A stretch of 64,000 bases of DNA. Source: an uncultured Acidobacteriota bacterium. Its GTDB lineage: Bacteria; Acidobacteriota; Thermoanaerobaculia; UBA5066. Under the pieces are notes generated by a model. The model was not told where the DNA came from, did no database searches, and worked only from the letters and a program-made list of their open reading frames with translations. The stretch is taken from the NCBI GenBank assembly GCA_903845115.1, contig CAIMWE010000041.1, positions 5,802 to 69,801 of the forward strand. Reading direction: 5' to 3'. This document shows positions 56,806 to 64,000 of this stretch, piece after piece; position 1 is the stretch's first letter; the number at the start of each line of letters is the position of its first letter. The position numbers and the translations under genes are program-made.

Positions 56806-57995
56806 GAGAGGAGGGCCTCCACGCCCGGGAGCTTCTTGCCGCTGATGTAGTCGAGCGACGCCCCGCCTCCGGTCGAAACGTGGGAGATCTTCGAGGCGAG
56901 CCCGGCCTCGTTGATCGCCTCGACGCTCTCGCCGCCGCCGACCACCGTGAAGGCGCCAGAGCTGGCGAGGATGCGGGCGACGCCGAGGGTCCCGGCGTTG
57001 AACGGCTTCGTCTCGAAGACTCCCATCGGCCCGTTCCAGAAGACCGTCCGGACGGGGGCCATCATCTTCTCGAACATGAGGAGGGTCTTCGGTCCGATGT
57101 CGAAGGCGGCCTGATCGGGCGGGATCGAGTCCATCGGAACGGCTTTCGCCTCGGACGCCCGGTCGAGTGACGGGGCGACCATGAAGTCGGACGGCAGGAC
57201 CAGGTTGACCTTCCGCTCCCTGCACCGGTCGATCACCTTCCGTGCGATCGGCACGCCGTCGGGCTCGAGGAGGGACTTCCCGACGCCGAGGCCCAGGGCC
57301 ACGACGAAGTGGTTCGCCATCCCCCCGCCGATCAGGATGGTGTCGGCCCGCTCGACGAGCGCCTCGAGGGCCGCGATCTTCCCCATGATCTTCGCCCCGC
57401 CCAGGACGGCGGCGAAGGGGTGGTCGATGTCGTAGAGGACCTTGGTGAGAGCCGCGAGCTCCTTCTCCATCAGGAAGCCGATCCCGCGCTTGTCCGCGGC
57501 GAACGAAGCCGCGATTCCCGCGGTGGAAGCGTGGGCGCGGTGAGCCGTCCCGAATGCGTCGTTGACGTAGACGTCCGCCAGCGCGGCGAGGCCCTTGGCG
57601 AAGGCGGGGTCGTTCCCCTCCTCGCCCGCGTGGAACCGGACGTTCTCCAGGAGGAGCACCTGCCCGTCGGAGAGGGCCGCCACCGCCTGCTCGGCGACCG
57701 GGCCCACACAGTCCGAAGCGAAGGCGACCGGAGCCCCGAGCTTCTCGGAGAGCTTCGCCGCGACCGGGGCCAGCGTGTACTTGGGATCGGGAACCCCCTT
57801 GGCCTTCCCGAGGTGCGAGGCGAGGATCACCCGGGCTCCTTGCTCGACGGCGTACCGGATCGTCGGCAGGGCCTCGTTCACGCGGGTGTCGTCGCGAACC
57901 ACGCCGTCCTTGACCGGGACGTTGAAATCGACCCTCAGGAACAGGCGCTGTCCCTTGAGGGCGAGGGTACGGATCGAACGGGGAAGAACTGACAT
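56802..57995 (-). CDS. pgk: Phosphoglycerate kinase
   Basis: [49 protein letters not shown] 57995 with GGAGGAG RBS. Confidence 0.97.
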   Translation of the reverse strand: MSVLPRSIRTLALKGQRLFLRVDFNVPVKDGVVRDDTRVNEALPTIRYAVEQGARVILASHLGKAKGVPDPKYTLAPVAAKLSEKLGAPVAFASDCVGPVAEQAVAALSDGQVLLLENVRFHAGEEGNDPAFAKGLAALADVYVNDAFGTAHRAHASTAGIAASFAADKRGIGFLMEKELAALTKVLYDIDHPFAAVLGGAKIMGKIAALEALVERADTILIGGGMANHFVVALGLGVGKSLLEPDGVPIARKVIDRCRERKVNLVLPSDFMVAPSLDRASEAKAVPMDSIPPDQAAFDIGPKTLLMFEKMMAPVRTVFWNGPMGVFETKPFNAGTLGVARILASSGAFTVVGGGESVEAINEAGLASKISHVSTGGGASLDYISGKKLPGVEALLS

Positions 57996-58404
57996 GGCCG
58001 ACTCCTCCTGTCGAGGGAGGGGTTCCCGGCCCTCCCCGTCTGCCGAGATTCTATTCTGAAGCGTTCTCGGAGAGAGAGCGAAGGGAGCGTGCGAGAGCGC
58101 GCAACCCGGCACATTTCCCGGTTCCTTCCCTGACCCGCTCTCGCCCCGATAGCGCTCAAACGCCCGACCGGGTCATTCCGGCGCCACCGAAGCGCCACCT
58201 GAAAACCGCCCTCGCGGCGGGGGCGATCGGCGATGCATTGATCGCGGTGAGAGACTTCCTGCCGGACGGGATAGCTGGGGCTGTATCGCCCCTATCGAGG
58301 CAATCCCCCCGACCATAAGAAGGGCCCGACCGCCGACCTGAACCGATCCCCGACCGCCGTCTTCGCCGAGGGGAAGATCGGGCAGGCGTGGTCCACCGCG
58401 GTCG

Positions 58405-58794
58405 TCAGGGGAGGTCGTCGAATTTCCGGAGGTGCCCGGTTGGCGAAACCTTGCGAAGAGTCGGTGGTCGGGTCTTCTTCACGAGCCGGGCGATCCGCTC
58501 CAGGGCCGCCTCGACAGACGCCACGATCTCCTGCCTGTTCAGGTCTCCATGGGCCAGGAAGAAGGCCCGGGCCCTCGCCTTGACGAAGATGGCCAGCTCG
58601 GCCGGTTTCCGGGCGATTGCCCTGTCTTTCGTCAGGAGGAGCCAGCCCTTTCGACCCACGATCGTGATCCATTCCACGTCAGGCGTCCCGCGCTCGAAGT
58701 GGTCCGCCAGGCGGTGGACCTCGTAACCCCAGGACTCCAACGCCTCTCGCAGCTCCTTGCCAGAGAGGTTCTCGTCCAGGCACAAAGGGGGCAG
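58405..58794 (-). CDS. PIN-like toxin (VapC45/DUF5615-type); start uncertain (CTG 58794 or TTG 58785)
   Basis: LDENL, GTPDVEWI, WLLLTKDRAI..PAE. Confidence 0.75.
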   Translation of the reverse strand: MPPLCLDENLSGKELREALESWGYEVHRLADHFERGTPDVEWITIVGRKGWLLLTKDRAIARKPAELAIFVKARARAFFLAHGDLNRQEIVASVEAALERIARLVKKTRPPTLRKVSPTGHLRKFDDLP

Positions 58795-58795
58795 C

Positions 58796-59503
58796 TTAGG
58801 CGGCTTCCTCGAACCGGATAGCGGCCGTGACCTGGTCGATCGAGAGATCGTAGTCCTCCGCAACTGAATCGACGGATTCGCCGGCCCGCACGAGGCTGGC
58901 GAGGACGGCGGTCGAGATCCCTGTCCCCGTGACGGTCGGGCGTCCGAACCCCACCCGTGGATTGATCGTCACCGGTGTGCCCGAGAGCCACTCGCCGCCG
59001 ACCCACGGGAACAGCGCGACCGGGCCGGTTTCGTCCCGCTGGATCCGCTTCAGATCGTTCCGGAAGGCCTCGCGGATGGCGATTTGCCTGGCCGGGTTCA
59101 GCGTGATGAGCTGGCCGACTCGTTCCACGAAGATGTCCAGCCGGTCCGTCAGGAACTGTTCGAACGCGAGCGGGTGAGCTTTCGCCGCGTCGCCGTCGAG
59201 TACCTCGAGGGATGCGAGCGCGGCTCGGATGACGCTGAGGCGAAGGCCGTGCTCGTTCCGGAAGGCCCGGAGCGCCTGCCCCTCGAGGAGGTTGACGAAC
59301 GACAGCAGCCGGCGTCCAGGATCGGCAGCGGTGATCAGCGGGCGGGACACCCTGTCTCCCGTCTTGGTGGGGTAGCCGCGGCCGAGCGTCCACTGCCGGA
59401 GGGTGATGACGGGGATCCGGAGGCAGAGGGCCGCCTCGGTGAAGCTGTAGAACGGCAGGAGGCGGGGGTCCTTGCCTCCGTAGATGTCCGTCCGGCGCCC
59501 CAT
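58796..59503 (-). CDS. DUF433-containing antitoxin (VapB45-like)
   Basis: N-terminal HTH YSFTEAALCLRIPVITLRQW, LSFVNLLE, INPRVGFGRP..GIST..AGES..VAEDYDL. Confidence 0.8.
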   Translation of the reverse strand: MGRRTDIYGGKDPRLLPFYSFTEAALCLRIPVITLRQWTLGRGYPTKTGDRVSRPLITAADPGRRLLSFVNLLEGQALRAFRNEHGLRLSVIRAALASLEVLDGDAAKAHPLAFEQFLTDRLDIFVERVGQLITLNPARQIAIREAFRNDLKRIQRDETGPVALFPWVGGEWLSGTPVTINPRVGFGRPTVTGTGISTAVLASLVRAGESVDSVAEDYDLSIDQVTAAIRFEEAA

Positions 59504-59637
59504 GGGTGGATCCTCCACGTATAAGTCTACCGCACCCGCCTCACCGCTCCATGCTCGCGTCTCGTCTTCTACGATGCCAGAGATGCCGATCAGACTGAAA
59601 GTCAGTGCGTCGCTGTAGATTCTATAGTCGGACGCGA

Positions 59638-60729
59638 ATGCCGAAGCTCGAGCCGATCACCACCCGTGTCATCCCGTGGGCCTTCGAGGGCGGGACCCTC
59701 TCGTTCCTGGACCAGCGGCACCTCCCCGCCGAGGAACGGTGGATCGTCTGCGCCGACGCCGCCGAGACCGCGACGGCGATTCGCTGCCTCGCCGTCCGCG
59801 GAGCTCCCCTGATCGGCGTGGCCGCGGCCCTGGGGGTGGCGGTGGAGGCCCGGCGGGCCGTCCGGGGCCCGGCGTCCGATTTCGAGCGGGCGCTCGAAGA
59901 GGCCTTCGAGGTCCTGCTCGCCTCGAGGCCGACGGCGGTCAACCTCCCGGCCGCCATCTCGCGGATGCGGAGGATGGCCGGGTCGACGGCGGGGGCCGAC
60001 CCCGGGACCCGGGCGCAGGCGCTGGAGGGCGAAGCTCGCCTGATCGCCGCCGAGGACCAGGCCGCGTGCCTGGCGATCGGCCGCCACGGCGCCGACTTCC
60101 TCGAGAGCCGGATCGGGCCGGGGGCCGCGACGATCCTGACCCACTGCAACGCGGGGGCGCTGGCGACCGCCGGGATCGGGACGGCGCTCGGAGTGATCCG
60201 GGCCCTCGGGGCCCGCCGTCCCGTGCGCGTCTTCGCGGACGAGACCCGGCCCTTCTGGCAGGGAGCGCGGCTCACCGCCTGGGAGCTCTCCCGTGACGGC
60301 TTCGACGTCACCCTCCTTCCGGACGTCGCCGCCGCCTCCGTCATCGCCTCGGGCAGGGTCGCCGCCGTCGTCGTGGGGGCCGACCGGATCGCGGCGAACG
60401 GCGACGTGGCGAACAAGGTGGGGACCTACGGGCTCGGCCTGGCCTGCCGGGCGCACGGCGTTCCCTTCGTCGTCGCGGCGCCGACCACCACCGTCGACCT
60501 CGCCACGCCTTCCGGCGACCGGATTCCGATCGAGGAGCGCTCCGGGGACGAGGTCCTCTCGATCGACCTTCCGGGCGGCGGGTCCGTGCGCCTGGCGCCG
60601 GCGGGGGTCGCGGCGTTCTACCCCGCCTTCGACGTCACGCCCGCCGGCCTCGTCGACGCGATCGTGACGGAGCGTGGCGTGGCCCAGGCCCCGTTCCCGG
60701 CCTCGCTCCGGGAGCAGCGGCGCGGATGA
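59638..60729 (+). CDS. mtnA: S-methyl-5-thioribose-1-phosphate isomerase
   Basis: LDQRHLP, VRGAPLIG, RPTAVNL, LTHCNAGALAT, DETRPFWQGARLT, GADRIAANGDVANKVG. Confidence 0.95.
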   Translation: MPKLEPITTRVIPWAFEGGTLSFLDQRHLPAEERWIVCADAAETATAIRCLAVRGAPLIGVAAALGVAVEARRAVRGPASDFERALEEAFEVLLASRPTAVNLPAAISRMRRMAGSTAGADPGTRAQALEGEARLIAAEDQAACLAIGRHGADFLESRIGPGAATILTHCNAGALATAGIGTALGVIRALGARRPVRVFADETRPFWQGARLTAWELSRDGFDVTLLPDVAAASVIASGRVAAVVVGADRIAANGDVANKVGTYGLGLACRAHGVPFVVAAPTTTVDLATPSGDRIPIEERSGDEVLSIDLPGGGSVRLAPAGVAAFYPAFDVTPAGLVDAIVTERGVAQAPFPASLREQRRG

Positions 60730-61823
60730 AGCTCCCTTCGCCTCCCCGGTGCGTCCTCGGGATCGAGTCGTCGTGCGACGAGACCTCGGTCGCCCTCCTC
60801 GGGGCGGACGGACGGGTCCTCTCCTCGGTGATCTCCTCGCAGATCGCGGCCCACCGGAGGTACGGGGGGGTGGTCCCCGAGATCGCCGCGCGCGCCCACC
60901 TCCAGAACCTCCCGCTCCTGCTCGACGAGGCGCTCGCCGCGGCGGGCGTAGCCCTGTCGGACGTGGGGGCCGTCGCGGCCACGGCCGGGCCGGGTCTCGT
61001 CGGGGCGCTTCTCGTGGGGCTCTCGGAGGGGAAAGGGATCGCTCTCGGCCTCGGCGTGCCGTTCGTGCCGGTCCACCACATCGAGGGACACTGTCTGTCG
61101 CCGTTTCTCCGCCTCGACGGCGGCCCCTCCCGCCCCGTCCCCGACTCCTTCACGGCGCTCGTGGTCTCCGGCGGACACACGCACCTCTACCGGTTCACGG
61201 CGGCCGGGATCGACCTGGCTGCCCGGACGAGGGACGACGCCGCCGGGGAGGCGTACGACAAGGTGTCCAAGATGGCCGGCCTCGGGTACCCGGGAGGGCC
61301 CGTCATCGACCGCCTCGCCGGGTCCGGGCGCTCCGGCCGTCCCTTCACCGTCCCGCAGCTGAAGGACGGGAGCCTGGACTTCAGCTTCTCCGGGCTGAAG
61401 ACGGCGGTCCGGGATCGGCTCTCCTCGCTCGGCGTCTCCCCGGCCACGGGGGTCCCGGGCGATCGGCCGGCGCTCGACGAGGGGGACCTCCCGGCCGGCC
61501 TCCTCGACCTCCTGGCCGACTTCCAGGAGGCCGTCGTCCGTCAGCTGGAAGACCGGCTGACGAGGTTTCTCGCGAAGGAGCCGGTCCCGCTGCTCACGGT
61601 CTCGGGCGGGGTGGCGGCGAACTCGCTGCTCCGGGAGAGGCTCGCTTCCTGGGGGAGGCGGAAGGGCGTGGAGGTCCTGCTCCCCGACCGGGTCCTGACC
61701 TCGGATAACGCCGCCATGATCGCGTTCGCGGGGCTCCGCCGCGCCGGCCGGGGAGGGGCGGACGGGGGGCTGGACGCCCCGGCTCGATCCCGCTGGCCCC
61801 TGGAATCGCTCCTCCCTTGCTAA
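60726..61823 (+). CDS. tsaD: tRNA threonylcarbamoyltransferase TsaD
   Basis: LGIESSCDET, GGVVPEIAARAH, HHIEGH, VSGGHT, DDAAGEAYDK, DNAAMIA. Confidence 0.96.
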   Translation: MKLPSPPRCVLGIESSCDETSVALLGADGRVLSSVISSQIAAHRRYGGVVPEIAARAHLQNLPLLLDEALAAAGVALSDVGAVAATAGPGLVGALLVGLSEGKGIALGLGVPFVPVHHIEGHCLSPFLRLDGGPSRPVPDSFTALVVSGGHTHLYRFTAAGIDLAARTRDDAAGEAYDKVSKMAGLGYPGGPVIDRLAGSGRSGRPFTVPQLKDGSLDFSFSGLKTAVRDRLSSLGVSPATGVPGDRPALDEGDLPAGLLDLLADFQEAVVRQLEDRLTRFLAKEPVPLLTVSGGVAANSLLRERLASWGRRKGVEVLLPDRVLTSDNAAMIAFAGLRRAGRGGADGGLDAPARSRWPLESLLPC

Positions 61824-61870
61824 CATCCCTCTCCCGCTGCCGTCCGGCGGCGCCGAGGCCCTAGAACCCG

Positions 61871-63670
61871 ATGCCGCAACCAGACCACATCCGAAACTTC
61901 TCGATCATCGCCCACATCGACCACGGGAAGACGACGCTGTCCGACCGGATCCTCGAGATCACGGGCGCGCTGACGGCGAGGGAGATGACCGAGCAGGTCC
62001 TGGACGACAACCCGATCGAGAAGGAGCGCGGCATCACGATCAAGGCCCGCTCCGTGAACCTCGGCTACAAGGCCGAGAACGGCGAGACCTACCTCCTGAA
62101 CCTGATCGACACGCCCGGACACGTCGACTTCACCTACGAGGTCTCCCGGTCGCTCGCCGCGTGCGAGGGCGCCGTCCTCGTCGTCGACGCGACGCAGGGG
62201 GTCGAGGCCCAGACCCTCGCCAACGCCTACCTGGCGATCCACAACGACCTCACGATCGTCCCCTGCATCAACAAGGTCGACCTCCCGTCGGCCGTCCCCG
62301 AGATGGCGCGGGAGCAGATCGAGGAGGTCATCGGGATCCCGGCCAGGCACGCGGTCCTCACCTCGGCGAAGGTCGGCACCGGCGTGAAGGAGCTGCTCGA
62401 GCAGATCGTCCACGACATCCCGGCGCCGACCGGCGACCCCGCCGCGCCCCTGAAGGCCCTCCTCTTCGATTCCTGGTTCGACATGTACCGGGGGGTCACC
62501 TGCCTCGTCCGGGTCAAGGACGGGACCGTGAAGCCGGGGACGAAGTTCCGGCTGATGGGAAGCGGCCTCGTGGCCGAGGTCCAGGAAGTCGGGATCTTCA
62601 ACCCGCACCAGGTGGTCGTCCCCCAGCTCTCCGTCGGAGAGGTGGGGTACGTCATCTCGGGGATCAAGGAGCTGGGCGCCACGAAGATCGGCGACACGAT
62701 GACCGAGGCCGACCGGCCCTGCGCCGAGGCGCTCCCGGGCTTCCAGGACGTCAAGCCGATGGTCTTCGCCTCCATCTTCCCGACCGAGACGGACGCCTAC
62801 GAGGACCTGCGGGACGCGATGGAGAAGCTCCGCCTGAACGACGCCTCGTTCACCTTCGAGCCGGAGTCGTCCACGGCTCTCGGCTTCGGCTTCCGCTGCG
62901 GGTACCTGGGGCTGCTCCACCTGGAGATCGTCCAGGAGCGGCTGGAGCGCGAGTTCAACCTCTCGCTCATCACGACCGCCCCCTCGGTCCCCTACAGGGT
63001 CAGGACGACCCGCGGCGAGGAGCTGGAGATCTCGAACCCCGTCAAGCTCCCCGACCCGCAGCTGATCGACGAGATCCGCGAGCCCTACATCCTGGCGACG
63101 ATCATCACGAAGGACGAGTTCCTCGGGGGGCTTCTCGCCCTCGCCGAGGAGCGGCGCGGGACCCAGGTCTCGCTCGAGTACGCCGGGACGCAGCGGGCCG
63201 TCCTCAAGTACGAGCTCCCGCTGAACGAGGTGATCCTCGACTTCTACGACAAGCTGAAGTCGATCTCGCGTGGCTACGCGTCGTTCGACTACCAGCTGAT
63301 CGACTACCGGCCCGGCGACCTGGTCAAGCTGGACGTCCTGATCAACGGCGACCCGCTGGACGCCCTCGCCTTCATCGTCCACCGCGCGAAGGCCGCCTCC
63401 AAGGGCCGGTCGCTGGTCGAGAAGATGAAGGAGATGATCCCGCAGCAGATGTTCGAGGTGATCATCCAGGCGGCGATCGGCTCGAAGATCCTCGCCCGCT
63501 CCACGGTGAAGGCCCTTCGCAAGAACGTCCTCGCGAAGTGCTACGGCGGCGACATCACGCGGAAGCGGAAGCTGCTGGAGAAGCAGAAGGAAGGCAAGAA
63601 GCGGATGAAGAAGGTCGGCCGGGTCGACCTGCCGCAGGAGGCCTTCCTGGCCGTCCTGAAGGTCGACTGA
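61871..63670 (+). CDS. lepA: Elongation factor 4 (LepA)
   Basis: [42 protein letters not shown]. Confidence 0.98.
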   Translation: MPQPDHIRNFSIIAHIDHGKTTLSDRILEITGALTAREMTEQVLDDNPIEKERGITIKARSVNLGYKAENGETYLLNLIDTPGHVDFTYEVSRSLAACEGAVLVVDATQGVEAQTLANAYLAIHNDLTIVPCINKVDLPSAVPEMAREQIEEVIGIPARHAVLTSAKVGTGVKELLEQIVHDIPAPTGDPAAPLKALLFDSWFDMYRGVTCLVRVKDGTVKPGTKFRLMGSGLVAEVQEVGIFNPHQVVVPQLSVGEVGYVISGIKELGATKIGDTMTEADRPCAEALPGFQDVKPMVFASIFPTETDAYEDLRDAMEKLRLNDASFTFEPESSTALGFGFRCGYLGLLHLEIVQERLEREFNLSLITTAPSVPYRVRTTRGEELEISNPVKLPDPQLIDEIREPYILATIITKDEFLGGLLALAEERRGTQVSLEYAGTQRAVLKYELPLNEVILDFYDKLKSISRGYASFDYQLIDYRPGDLVKLDVLINGDPLDALAFIVHRAKAASKGRSLVEKMKEMIPQQMFEVIIQAAIGSKILARSTVKALRKNVLAKCYGGDITRKRKLLEKQKEGKKRMKKVGRVDLPQEAFLAVLKVD

Positions 63671-63675
63671 CCGGA

Positions 63676-64000
63676 ATGCCCCCGTCGGCCCTGGCGGACC
63701 GGCCCGCCGCCGCCCTCTCGACGGCCTGCGCCTACGCCGAGGCGATCCTCGTCGCGGTCCTGCTGGCCCTCTTCGCGCGGGCCCACCTGTTCGAGGCGTT
63801 CGAGATCCCGAGCGGCTCGATGGAGAAGACCCTCCTGATCGGGGACCACATCGTCGTCGACAAGGCCGCCTACGCCCCCCACCGGGGCCCCTGGCGGTTC
63901 CTGCTCCCCTACCGGGAGCTGTCGTCCGGCGACGTCGTCGTCTTCCGGTCGCCGCAGGAGCCCGGAAAGGACCTCGTCAAGAGGGCGATCGGCCTTCCGG
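63676..64000 (+). CDS. lepB: Signal peptidase I (3' truncated by window edge; not in ORF track)
   Basis: Hand translation: ..FEIPSGSMEKTLLIGDHIVVDK..GDVVVFRSP..DLVKRAIGLP (Ser/Lys dyad); lepA-lepB synteny. Confidence 0.93.
   Translation, partial: MPPSALADRPAAALSTACAYAEAILVAVLLALFARAHLFEAFEIPSGSMEKTLLIGDHIVVDKAAYAPHRGPWRFLLPYRELSSGDVVVFRSPQEPGKDLVKRAIGLP

Noticed and set aside
59520..59637. Possible SAM riboswitch upstream of mtnA
   Set aside because: Short divergent spacer with a TATAGT -10 only 9 nt from the ATG and no recognisable riboswitch core.

Overview
High-GC bacterial chromosome segment spanning the replication-origin region. The lineage is probably Acidobacteriota or a delta-like diderm; this is inferred from gene order only. 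Left arm, mostly minus strand: dnaA-[oriC]-dnaN-recF-gyrB-gyrA-(transaldolase-like)-DUF507, pdxR-pdxS-pdxT-crotonase, dprA-topA, and trmFO-xerC-hslV-hslU-lipoprotein-dapF. Right arm, mostly plus strand: rpmH-rnpA-yidD-yidC-mnmE-mnmG-rsmG-[parS]-parA-parB-bactofilin, atpF'FHAGDC, and a bacillithiol cluster bshC-bshB1-bshA. A ~6-kb island of intact and decayed toxin-antitoxin modules follows (hicBA, mazEF remnant, AbiE-like pair with a deleted toxin, vapBC, an internally deleted RAYT element with terminal inverted repeats, Uma2 between 54-bp direct repeats). It abuts tRNA-Leu(GAG), followed by secG/tpiA/pgk, a DUF433/PIN pair and mtnA-tsaD-lepA-lepB. Four observations stand out. (1) A full-length transaldolase/FSA homologue behind gyrA has lost essentially every catalytic residue, including the Schiff-base Lys, and is a candidate pseudoenzyme. 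(2) Two paralogous methyltransferases flank a GT-C-like membrane protein, inserted with a 275-bp MITE into the conserved topA-trmFO junction. (3) A HUH/RAYT element carries 27-bp terminal inverted repeats. (4) A CRP-like site lies between dprA and a class II cAMP phosphodiesterase. All calls come from motif recognition by eye, no database searches were run, and several start codons are best guesses.
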